Positions 12,242 through 23,807 of a DNA stretch of 63,877 bases are shown here, one piece after another (within the stretch, counting starts at the first letter, position 1; each line of letters starts with the position of its first letter). Location of the stretch: NCBI RefSeq assembly GCF_036365525.1, contig NW_027142279.1:124001-187877 (forward strand), given 5' to 3'. The translations under genes and the position numbers were made by a program. The notes beneath the pieces were generated by a model. That model searched no databases and had not been told where the DNA came from. It was given only the letters and a program-made list of their open reading frames with translations. Origin of the DNA: Heterodontus francisci. Its lineage: Eukaryota.

Positions 12242-12530
12242 TGTATCCTTGTGAGCCCTGCAGTAGTAAGCGCTGTTGTCTTGGACCCAGGAGCTTTTCA
12301 ACGACAGAGGGAAAGTGTTGGCCTGAGTCTCGTGCTGGGTTTCAATCCATTTCCTGTTGTTAGATGCAGAAAGTGCACTCCATCTGATCCATCCCAGGCA
12401 GTCACCAATCTGCAAGTACCAGTCCAAACAACACTCAGTCATGTTGCTCTGCCCAATTCTGCTGTGGAACGTGGTTTCCTCCCCAGGAACCAGGGCGTTG
12501 GCCGCCGGGGACTGGAGAACCATCTAACAT
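12242..12530 (-). pseudogene. Divergent inverted V-segment pseudogene (TCR V-like, family unassigned)
   Basis: VLQSP...WYLQ...LGWI...DNSAYYC. The first Cys is replaced by Ser (TFHS); the acceptor at 12531-12532 is out of frame with an in-frame TAG before VLQSP; no clear leader. Confidence 0.85.
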
Positions 12531-13949
12531 CTGACAAGATTCTTCATACAGGATGGCAGATCAATGGGGAGAGAACGATAGAGGGTTACAGGGAGGGACA
12601 GAGGCAAAAGCAGAGGAGACAAATTATTTTCCTCCAGTCACGCTGCTACCTTCACGCTTATATTTGCTCCATAGGTTAAGCCCAATTATAAATCAGATTT
12701 TTGACAGTGGTAAAACTATAAAAGCGCCAAACTCGGAAGGATGAATGCAAACCAGCTCAGTCTGCATCTGAGCAAAAGGAAAATAGGTAATGTTTAAGGA
12801 TGATACTCTGTTAAAATAATCCTAACTGCTGTTCCGATCAAGCAGCAGTGAATTATTTCAGTTTGGTTGACGAGGTGATTACATATAACAATGCAGAAAG
12901 TAACTATTATGAACATTAATTTCATCAACAATGGTACCAAATGGGGACAGTGGTGTTTCCTGTCTTAAAGGTGGAAAGCAGGAATATGGAAAGGGAAGGA
13001 ATTGTGACCAGTATCTCCGAATAACACTTCAGTATCTTCTGTCAGCAGATCTTTAACTACTTTGAGATTCTTTTCAGAGGAGGAGGCTCGTTGTAAGCAG
13101 TGTGATCAAACCGCCCCTGCTGCTGTGGAAACTGCAGACAGGGCGAGTAATCACTGTCTCTGGCGTTGTATTCCTTACGGAGCACCCTCTGACCAGATCA
13201 TACCAACAAAAGCTTAGCAGGGATCAGCGCCGTACAGGCAGAGGCCATCCCAGGGATCCCTGCATAGGTAAAAATAAAGAGAAAATGAGAGAGAGAGAGA
13301 ACAGCTGAGAGGGAGCAAGGGAGAGGTAGAGTGAGGCAGAGACAGAGAGAAAGAGAGACAGACTGATCGACAAAGCCACTGAGAGATGGAATTATTCAGG
13401 CAAAATAAGTTAGACAGAGAGAGAGAGAGAGAATGAGAGACATCGTGACAGATAGAGAGAATGAAGCAGTAGGAGGTGTAGAGACAGACAAGGAGAGACA
13501 GAGCGACACAGAGACAGGAAATGAGAGGAGATTGTCAGAATTAATGAGAGAGAGAGAGAGAAAAATGAGTGAGTGTGTGTGAGAGAGAAATAGAGACAGA
13601 CAGCAAGAGTAAGTGAGAAAATGAGAGGCGAGAAAGAGAGGGGAAGGATAGAAGACAGTGAGATAAAGAGAGAGAATGAGAATGTGTGTGTGTGTGAGAG
13701 ACAGAAAGAGCAACAGAGCAGAGAGGAACTGAGAGAAGGAAAGACAGACAGGGATAAAGAAAGAGAATGAGAGTGAGTGTGTGTGAGAGAGGAAAGATAA
13801 CAAGGGCAACAGAGACAAAGAAACAGACATGAAGAGAGAGAAAGGAAACAATTTTACAGAACAATGAAAACCATGTTTTTTTAATCAATATTGGTGAAGT
13901 CTGATGGGTTTCCTGGTCCTAGCTCGCCCTCTGCTGTCCCCCTGGAGGA

Positions 13950-14975
13950 GAAAACCCCCAAAAAGACAAAAACAACTGCAGCAGAAAAAAACACTCACAA
14001 ATTCAACAACAACCTCAACAGGGAAAACGCCAACAAATTCAACAACAACTTTAACAGAAGAAAAACACCAACAAATTCAACGACAACCTCAACAGGAAAA
14101 ACACCAACAAATTCAACAACAACCTCAACAGGAAAAACGCCAACAAATTCAATAACAACTTCAGCAGGAGAAAAACACCAACAAAGTCAACAACAACTTC
14201 ATCAGGAGAAAAACACCAACAAAGTCAACAACAACTTCAACAGGAGAAAAACACCAACAAATTCAACAACTTCAACAGGAAAAACACCAACAAATTCAAA
14301 AACAACTTCAGGAGAAAAACACCAACAAATTCAATAACAACGTCAGCAGGTGGAAAAAACACCAATAAATTTAACAACAACTTCAACAGGAAAAACAACA
14401 ATAAATTCAACAACAACATCGAGAAAAAACACCAATAGATTCAACAACAACTTTATCAGGAGGCAAACAGGAAAAAATACAAAAATAACTGAAGCAGAAA
14501 AATAACCCACTAACAAGCTCAGCAATAACTTCAACAGGAGAAATATAAAATACTAATAAAATCAACAACAACTTCAACAGGAGAAAAACACCAACAAAGT
14601 CTACAACAACTTTAGCAGGAGAAAAACACCAACAAAGTCAACAACAACCTCAAGAGGAAAAGCACCAACAAATTCAACAACAAGAAAAACACCAACAAAT
14701 TCACCAGCAACTTCAGCAGGAGAAAACAACAACAAATTCAATAACAACCTCAACAGGGAAAACGCCATCAAATTCAACAACAACTTCAACAGGAAAAACT
14801 CGAACAAAGTCAACAACAACTTCAGCAGGAGAAAAACACCAACAATTTCAACAACAACCTCAGCAGGAAAAACAGCAACAAATGCAACAACAACTTCAAC
14901 AGGAAAAACACCAACAAAGTCAACAACAACTTCAGCAGGAGAAAAAAACCAACAAATTCAACAACAACTTCAGCA
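13950..14975 (+). repeat. AAC-rich degenerate ~35-bp satellite
   Basis: Tandem caacaacttca(a/g)caggagaaaaacaccaacaaatt; relatives at about 16790-16925, 17245-17395 and 45995-46170. Confidence 0.85.
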
Positions 14976-15084
14976 GGATCTGCACATTGTCTGTTCGTGG
15001 GATCTTGCCTTGTAGAAACTGGCTGCCACACTTCCTGCATTACAGCAGTGGCTGTACTTCGAAACAGTAGCAAAGAGTATGGGA

Positions 15085-15422
15085 ATAGCAAAACATATGA
15101 GATTAGCAAAACTGTGAGATCTTGGGCTTCATAAATAGAGGCACTGCCTACAAAATATGGGAAGTTATGCTGAATCTTTATAAAGCTCTAGTTAGGCCAC
15201 AACTGGACAATTGCATCCAGTTCTGCGCACCACACTTTAGGAAGGAGGTGAGTTTCCTTGAGAGGGTGTAGAGGAGATTTACCAATATGATTCCGGGGAT
15301 AGGGGATTTTAATTACAAGGTTAGGTTGGAAAACCTGGAGAAAATGAGATTGAGTGGAGACCTGATAGAGGTGTACAAGATTGTGACAGGTTTAGATGAG
15401 GATCACAAAGAAAAGCTGCTCC
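15085..15422 (+). mobile_element. CR1 LINE fragment
   Basis: Contains a LYKALVRPQL-coding region. Confidence 0.75.
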
Positions 15423-16095
15423 TCACCCAGGAGTCAGTTCCCCAGCTCCACTGACTAGTCCCACAGTGTTGGTGTTCCTGCTCCTCGCTCCAGCTGCAGG
15501 GAAGTTACAGCACAGAAATAGATCATTCGGCCAGACACGTCCATGCAGGCCTTTTTGGTCCACACGAACGTCGTTCCACGCCCACTTCATCTCGCCACAA
15601 GCCACATCTCCTTCTGTTCCTCTCTCCCTCATGTCCTATGCAGCTTCCCCACCCCCACCCCCCAGCTTAAATACATCTTGCCTATTCCCCTCAGCCTGTG
15701 GTAATGAGTTCCACATTCTCCCCACTCTCTGGGTGAAGATGTTTCTCCCGAATTCCCAATTGGATTTATTGGTGACTGTCTTATATTGATGACCCCTCCC
15801 CCTTTTTCTGGACTCACCCGCAAATGGAAAAAATCTTCTCTACATTTATCTGATCAAAACCACTTTCATAATCTTAAAGAGCTCTATCAGGTCACTCCTC
15901 AGCCTTCTCTTTTTTGGAGAAAAGAGCCCCAGTCTGTTCAGTCTTTTCCTGATCATTATAACCTCTCAGTTCTGATATCATCCTTGAACATCTTTCTGTG
16001 TCTTCTTCATGTCGAAGACATGTTCACACTGCAATAGATAAACCAAACAGGATACAGAGCTGCGGGCTTTTATCTGAAACAGGTGTTTCTGTTGG

Positions 16096-16134
16096 TGTTT
16101 TTGTTGAACTGCTCCGTCTCTCTGAGTCACTGTG
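16096..16134 (-). other. 23-RSS
   Basis: CACAGTG - 23 nt - ACAAAAACA. Confidence 0.95.
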
Positions 16135-16627
16135 CTGACTCCAGGCACAGAAATACAGGGCCGAATGATTCTCCCGCAGGCTGGTGGACTCCAGGTTGAA
16201 GTGGGAGCCAGTCGGTCGCTTGGCTGTGAAACCCTCCACAGTTCCCTCTGAGTTCACACTTGGTGTAGCTGCGGAGTAAAACATCAGCCGCGGCTCCTTC
16301 CCCGGGTCCTGTCTGTACCAGAACATGGAACCGCTGCTCTCACCCTCCACACGGCACTCCAGTCCCACTCCCTCCCCAGGAAATCTGGAGACGGCGGTGG
16401 GAGCCTGGCGGACCCTTGCTGAGATTGCGCCTGGGGGAAGAGACCGGGAGAGAAGAAGGTCAGTGAACAGGGACAATCTGGGATGTGAAGAATGAAACAA
16501 GGAGAGAAAGATAGAGAGAAAGAAAATAAGAAAGACAGCTGTTAACACAAATAATGGGGGTGTGGGGTGGTGGTGAGAAAGATCCCTTACTTTGAAATAA
16601 GACCATGAGACTCAGTAACAGATACAT
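16135..16627 (-). CDS. TRBV: TCR beta V segment, inverted, TRBV30-like family; leader 16627-16591, V exon 16430-16135; apparently intact
   Basis: Leader MYLLLSLMVLFQ with GTAAG donor; in-frame acceptor; ...LECRVEG...WYRQ...HSALYFCAWSQ. Confidence 0.92.
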
Positions 16628-16924
16628 CTTTCACTGGAAGCTGAACCTGCAATTGGGAAATCAGTGGAAAGAAGAGAGTTGAGTCTTGTGAGAAGCCACA
16701 TGAAGACTCAAGCAAGTGATTGAGGTTTGCCCAACACCTCCCTCCCTGATGGGGAACCCACGCCCCTCTCTCTACCATTGGCTGCCAGTAGTTGCTGTTG
16801 CATTTGTTGGTATCATTCTGCTGCTGAAGTTGTTGTTGTATTTGTTGTTGTATTTGCTGGTGTTTTTCTCCGACTGAGGTTGTTGGATTTGTTGTTGCTT
16901 GAATCTCCTTCTGAGGTAGTTGTT

Positions 16925-17245
16925 GTAATAAAAGCAAAATACTGCGGATGCTGGAAATCTGAAATAAAAACAAGAAATGCTGGAACCACTCAGCAGGTCT
17001 GGCAGCATCTGTGAAAAGAGAAGCAGGATTAACGTTTCGGGTCAGTGACCCTTCATCGGAACTGACAAATATTAGAAAAGTCACAGGTTATAAGCAAGTG
17101 AGGTGGGGGTGGGGCTAGAGGTAACAAAGGAGGTCTAGATTGGACCAGGCCACATAGCTGACCAAAAGGGCACGGAGCAAAGGCAAACAATATGTTAATA
17201 GTGTGTTGAAAGACAAAGCATTAGTACAGATTAGGTGTTAATACA
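16925..17245. mobile_element. Retroelement terminal fragment (Penelope-like end common in sharks) inserted in the AAC satellite
   Basis: aaaatactgcggatgctggaaatctgaaataaaaacaagaaatgctgg...aacgtttcgggtc; a related fragment lies at about 24040-24610. Family call is from recall. Confidence 0.5.
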
Positions 17246-18660
17246 CTGGTGGAGGTAGTTGTTGTGTTTGTTGGTGTTTTCCCTGCTGAGGTTTTAGTTG
17301 TACTTGGTTCCTTCCCTGCTTAAGTTGTTGTTCAATTTGGTTTTTGCATGTTGAGGTTGTTGTTGTATTTTTTGGAGTTTGTTTTCCCCTGCTGAGTTTA
17401 TTTTCTCTTTTTCAATTCATTCATGAGATTTTGGTTGAGGCCAGCATTTATTGTCCATCCCTAATCACCTAATTGAGAAGGTGGTGCTGAGCTGCCTTCT
17501 TGAACCGCTGCAGTCACGTGGGGTAGGTAAACCCACAGTGCTGTTAGGAAGGGAGTTTCAGGATTTTGACCCAGTGACAGTGAAGAAACTGTCTTGGCCC
17601 CAAAACAAGGCAGCAGGTTGACGGGTCTTATTGGGTCATAGTGTCATGCAGGTCAAATCCAGGCCATTCAGCCCATCGATCCTAGCCTGGCAGCTCGAAA
17701 GAGCGACCTCCTCCCAGCTTTCTTCATCTTACCCTATCAACAGATTCTTCTATTCCTTTCTCACTCATGTATTTATTCAGCTCCCCTTTAACTGCATCGT
17801 CTCTATTCGACCTCAACCCATTCCATTTGGTCTGTAATTCCACATTCTCACCGCTCCCTGGGTTAAAGAACCTCCTCCTGAATTCCCAATTGGATTTATT
17901 AAGTACTACCTTACATTTATGATCCCTGGTTTCATCTTCCCTGTCCAATTACTCCCACTCCCTGTTCTTTCTGAATGACCCTGCACTTGATCTTGCAGCT
18001 TGTCTGCCTCCTTCCCGACATTACAACACTTCAAAATGTATTTGACTGGTTGAGGCTTGAGTGAAGCAGAGAGCTGTCGGGCCGAATGGCGCGGATGTAT
18101 GCATCAACTTCCATCTAGTTCTGGGCCACAAGCGCCAACACGAGTCGAGTAGGAGAATATAACTGATGACTGAAACAGGTTCAGGGTCTGACACTGAAAC
18201 GCCTGCAGAATCGGTGCTTGCAGTTGCAGCTGGAGCCACTAGGTGCCAGTGGTACTCCACTGCATCCGCTGCCCAGCACATGCTCAGACAGAGTGAGCTT
18301 TACCCACAGCAGCTCCACAGGTCAACTCGACTGCTTCTGAAATGTTTCACTTCTCAACTATTTCACCCACACAGAAAAACGCAGTTAGACTGCATCATGT
18401 TTGGTCTTTAATATTGACCAGAGGCCCCCCGGATTCCCCTGAGGCCTCCTTAGCTCAGCCCCGGGAATGACCTGTCAACATGTCAACATGTGGGAGCCAA
18501 TGAACCATCAGGAATTTGCACCCCCTCCCTCCCACCAATGGGAACATGAAACAGTGGGGAGGAGGAGACAGTAAATGTCACTCAGAACATTGAGATATTC
18601 TGCAATAAACCAGCTCAGTGATTTCACACAATGAACACATGGATCTGTCTCCCTCCAGAG

Positions 18661-19542
18661 ATGACTGTGTCTCACCTCTGGGTTGTGTTGCTGGTGTTAA
18701 GGGGTAAGGTGGAACTCGACTGAGAGATGTCAGTCATCTTCACTGCTCTTTCCCTGTGTGACCCCATTGGGGGTTTACCCCCTTACAAGGCACCGTCACT
18801 GTGATTGTTAATTTAGCTGCTCTCTTTCTCGTTTTGTATCCCTTTCTCTATCTCTCTTTCTCTCTGTCTAACAATATATGTTCCTCTATGTCTGTCCCTC
18901 CCACTCTCCCTTTCTCTCTGTCTCTCTTGCTCTCTCTCCCTGTCCTCTTAGCTCCTTCATGTCTGTTGCTCATGTCTAGAATGTTGCTGTTTTTCTCCCT
19001 CTGTCTGTGCTTCCCTCTCTCTTTCTCTCTGTCTCTGCTTCTCTCCTTTTCTATCACTCTTTTTCACTCTATGTCTCTCTCGCTCTTTGCAGCTCCCCGT
19101 CTCCCACCTCTCCCTTCTTACATAGAAACACGGGACATTTAGGGCACACAGTAGGTCATTCAGCCCATCGTGCCTCTCCCCTCTTCGTGGCCGATGTCAA
19201 TTTAAACATTGCCCCTGGGTTTATCTCTCTCTCTGTTTTACAGATGTGGGGGCCGTGTTGATCCAACAGATTCCCGCTTCCTTATCCCATTCCCCAGGCT
19301 CTCCAGTCAGTATCCAGTGTATTTACACAAAGGCAGATGCTGGCTCCGATGTCTACTGGTACCCGTGGCATCCGGACCCTGAGCCCGAGAACCTTTTCTA
19401 TTCCACCTCTGCCGGAACGGTCATTCCCTCCAGAGAGGTGGACGGTTTCACCGCCAGAAGACCAAACAACACCCATTTTTACCTGGAGTCCACCAGCCTG
19501 TGGGTGAATCAATCAGCCGTGTTTTACTGTGCCTCGAGTCTG
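18661..19542 (+). CDS. TRBV: TCR beta V segment; leader 18661-18703, V exon 19244-19542; open frame with atypical WYPW
   Basis: Leader MTVSHLWVVLLVLR with GTAAG donor; IQQIPAS...IQC...WYPW...NQSAVFYCASSL. Confidence 0.88.
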
Positions 19543-19581
19543 CACAGTGACTCAGAAAGGTGCCAGATTTCAGCAAAAACT
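19543..19581 (+). other. 23-RSS
   Basis: CACAGTG - 23 nt - GCAAAAACT. Confidence 0.95.
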
Positions 19582-19694
19582 CTAAAGGGGGAGGAAAGCA
19601 CTTGTGGGAGATAAACCCGTCTGTCTATCTCAGTGTCTTTCTGTCTCTCTGACTATCTGCAGGTTTCTGTGTCGCTTTGTGCGTCTCTGCATCC

Positions 19695-19761
<67 letters not shown>

Positions 19762-20865
19762 CATGTGTCTGTCTGTCTATTTTTCTATCTNNNNNNNNNN
19801 NNNNNNNNNNNNNNNNNNNNNNNNNNNNNNNNNNNNNNNNNNNNNNNNNNNNNNNNNNNNNNNNNNNNNNNNNNNNNNNNNNNNNNNNNNNNNNNNNNNN
19901 NNNNNNNNNNNNNNNNNNGGTTATTTGCACTATTTATCTATCTATTTATCTTGATTATATATATATTTGTCATTGATTTATCTCTCCGTCTCTCACCTCT
20001 CTAAATATGCATCCACCATATATTTGACGTTTATCATCTATCTAACACCATTATTTGCACCATACCAGTTTAATTATTGATATATCATGATTTGTATTTT
20101 ACTGATAGTTTCACCTTCTTGCTCTCCTTCGACTCAGAGTACATCAATACATTATGAATTATTAAAAATGCTGCAGCAATGTGATCAGATCCTACTCGTT
20201 CAGGCAGCCTCTATCTGCAAAGAACAGATTCCGAGGTGGGGTAAATGGGTTCATGGTCCTGTTGAATGAGCTGTCTGTGGTTTATGACAAGAGTTACACA
20301 TAGCTCCCTGTTGTACATGTCCCCAATGATTCATACAATGCAAAAGTGAGACACCTCCCCAGAGAGGTCTCTCACTGGAACACCTGCCTCCTGACGGCGG
20401 TTTGAGCATCTGTTTAAAACAGTTAACCCACTTCTTCATGACACTGTCGCTTTTCAAAGTATCTAAGATTTCACCCCAATGTAAAACATAACCCTTGAAT
20501 TGTCGTTTAGCCCAGGGGAAATAAATCTTTATCTGCCTAATACAAAGAAGCAACTTGATGTGTCTTATATATTTATAAAATCAAACAGCAGAGCCGAGGC
20601 CATTCAGCCTATCGAGCCTGGCCCGTCTGTTCGAAAGAGCTACCCTATACAACACCAATCAGACACAAGCAACGAGAGCCTGATGCAGACGGGAAGCAGT
20701 TCCTTGTTCAAGCTCCTTCCGACCAGTGGGTGTTATTATTCTGTCATACCCAGAAGTGAGGGGTCAGAAGGAAACCCTGCTTCCAGTGCTGTCATTTCCG
20801 CTCTCTGCTTTATCTTCAGCCGCCTGATATTGGTTCATGAACAGAGTCAGCCTTCAGTCTGCAGG

Positions 20866-21681
20866 ATGCAGTTTGCCAAACTCTTCCTAATCGTCTGTTC
20901 ACTTCTTCCATGTAGGTATTCATCCTTCATAAAGATACCTGTGCTAAAATACATGCTGTGTTTTCATTCACTACTAACTTCTATCAAACTAGATTGATAA
21001 AACATCATTGCAGTCGATTTTCTGTCATTTCTTAAACTACATACTTTACTTTCACTGTAAATAATATTTACTTAATGAAATTATTGACTGAATGAAAGTT
21101 ACTTATATATTCGTGACGCTACTATAGCTATCTTTAACCGATAAGTTTGCCCTAATTCTGGGTTAATTTGTCTCTCTCATATCACTTGCTACATTATTTT
21201 TCAATCTCTATATCTATCTGTTTATTATCTATATATCTACAAATATATCATTTAACTATATATTGTCTGCCTATATAGTTATCTAGTATTATCTACCTAT
21301 CTATTTGGATAGTTATAGTTGGTTATCATATGTCACAATATGTTCTAAACTTTTTAAACTATTCTCCTTATTTCTCAAGACAAAACTCTAGCAGAGATGA
21401 TACACCAGTGGCCATCTCTGGTGGCAGTGAAGGGAGGCGAACCAGCAGAATTAAACTGTTACCAGAATGACAGTAGTAAGAACGTTATGCTGTGGTATCG
21501 GCAGTATGCCGGGCAGGGGCTCACCCTAATGGGCTATTCTTTCATTGGAAGCTCACCCACGTACGAAGGAAAATTTGAAGAGGAGGTGAAGATTATAAGG
21601 CCCGAGGACAAACGATGCAGCCTGAGGGTCCTCAAGGTTAAGGCTGCGGATGCGGCGGTGTATTACTGTGCAGCCAGGGAG
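20866..21681 (+). CDS. TRBV: TCR beta V segment of a different family; leader 20866-20911, V exon 21380-21681; intact ORF with a non-canonical heptamer
   Basis: Leader MQFAKLFLIVCSLLP with GTAGG donor; IHQWP...LNCYQND...WYRQYAGQGL...DAAVYYCAARE. Confidence 0.9.
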
Positions 21682-21720
21682 CAAAGCGCTGCAGACTGCC
21701 TTAGTGCCAGTGCAAAAACC
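21682..21720 (+). other. 23-RSS with defective heptamer (CAAAGCG)
   Basis: CAAAGCG - 23 nt - GCAAAAACC. Confidence 0.85.
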
Positions 21721-22074
21721 AACAGGGTGAACAACACAACTGACAGACATGCAGGAGCAGTGACAATGGTTAATGTCTCTCCCTGCCTCACCGGCCGTTT
21801 TCCAAGCTGGTGATTCCCGGATTCCTGAACCTTCATCATGGGCTGAATGACAGGGAATAGCAGAAGGTCCGAGGAAGAGAGAGAGAAGGAAAGAGAGAGA
21901 TGTGTCTCAGATCCCCTGCAAAATTTCAAAGTCCTCGTCTACACCGTTTAATTTCTGGCACTGAGTATGTTAAAACTGAGTCACAGTCTCTGTCCTATAC
22001 TTGATTAATTAAAAGGTTAATTAATGATGTAAATAAGACAGATAGTTTACATCACCATTGTGAAGTGATGGATA

Positions 22075-22600
22075 GAGTATCAATCATCTACAAGGTACAA
22101 GTCAGGAGTGTGATGGAATACTCTCCACTTGCCTGGATGGGTGCAGCTCCAACAACACTCAGGAAGCTCAACACGATCGAGGACATAGCAGCCCGGTTGT
22201 TCAGTACCCCATCTACCACCTTCAACACTCACTCCCTTTACCACAGTGGCAGCAGTGTGTACCATCTACAAGATGCACTGCAGCAAAGCATTGAGTGCCC
22301 TTAGACAGCACCTTCCAAACCCACCAACTCTACCACCAGAAGGACAAGGGCAGTAGACTCATGGGAACACCACCACCTGCAAGTTCCCCTCCAAGCAACA
22401 CACCATCCTGACTTGGAACTATATCGCCGTTTCTTCACTGTCGCTGGGTCAAAATCCTGGAACTCCCTTCCTAACAGCACTGTGGGTGTACCTCCCCCAC
22501 ATGGACTGCAATGTTTCAAAAAGGCAGCTCTTCACCACCTTCTCAAAGGCAAATAATTGCTGGTCTTGCAAAAGAAATTCACGTCCCATGAACGAATAAG
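22075..22600 (+). mobile_element. CR1-like LINE 3' fragment
   Basis: Encodes IYKVQVRSVMEYSPLAWMGAAPTTL. Confidence 0.75.
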
Positions 22601-23296
22601 AAAAACAAATTATATCAGGTCTTCCACGACTTCAAGACGCCCCAAAACAGTTAACAGCCAATTAAGAACTGGAAAATGATGGTCAGATCCTCTGCTACTT
22701 CTTCTCTTGCTTTGATTTTTTTTAATTCATTCTGGGGACCTGGGTCCCTCTGAGAAAGTCAGCAGTTATTCATCGTCACTCATTGCCCTGGAGAAGGTTT
22801 GTGCTGCCTTGTTGGTAACTGAAGGGTTTGCTAGGGCATTTCAGAGAGCAGTGTACTTGAAACACGGAAGCCAATTGGTGTACAGCACCATGCCATAGGC
22901 AGCATTAACAGACAGATAGATAGATAGGAAGGCAGACAGACAGACATTAGTTAGATAGATAGATAGATCGATAGATCGATAGATAGATAGATCGAAAAAT
23001 CGAGCGATCGATCTCCTGGCTTCGCTGTGAAAGCGAGCTCACAAAGAGATAGGAATGAAGATATTTACAGTGGAGCAGAAAGTGGCGAGGGGGGAGGCAA
23101 GGGGAGAGAAGAAAGAAGGAAACGGGGGCATAAGGAAGCAAACAAAAGAATGGAGGACAACTTAAAAAGTAGGGGCAGGGATCATTGCCTTGAGATAACT
23201 TCCTCTTATGACGAACCGCTCTGCTGACACCTCATCTCTCTCCCTCCCTTTAAACCCAGAGTAACCAGCAGAAAGTCTCTCAGATCCACCGCAAAC

Positions 23297-23807
23297 ATGC
23301 CTTTCAGTTTCATCGTCTTTGTTATTTCCCTTCTGGCGCTGAGTAGGTTAAAATTCTGTCCCAATCACTCTTCTACATTTGTTTAACTGAAAGGGATGAT
23401 TAATGATCTCAATAAAACTGAGCAGCGGTGACTTGTGAAATCAGTAATCGATTATTTCATATCAGACAGTGAACTCATTCATCTGTCCCCTAGTTTGGGA
23501 AGACAAGTGTTATTAATATGATGTTAACTCTTTAATGTTTGCACCCACTTGCAAACTTGTGGATTCCACAATTCTATTTTACAGTTGTAAAGATCCAGGT
23601 TCTTGTCGGAAATTGGGACACAGACCGAATTTCCGTCGTTAATTCGGTGCAACACCGACGCCCATCGTCGCAATTGTAACTCCATCGATACTAGTTCATT
23701 CCCTCTAATTTCTCTTTCTAGGTGTTTGCCGGGGTGATGTGATACATCAATGGCCTCAGTCACTGGCTGTTAAACAACCAGTACCCGTGGAAATGAGTAT
23801 TCACTGA
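23297..23807 (+). pseudogene. TRBV: Truncated V relic: leader 23297-23342 and FR1 only (23722-23807)
   Basis: Leader MPFSFIVFVISLLAL with GTAGG donor; exon VCRGDVIHQWPQSLAVKQPVPVEMSIH*; no Cys, Trp or RSS; runs directly into the post-V conserved element. Confidence 0.8.

Noticed and set aside
13891-14337. Mucin-like T/N/K-rich ORF
   Set aside because: Translation of the AAC satellite, which occurs on both strands elsewhere with frequent frameshifts.
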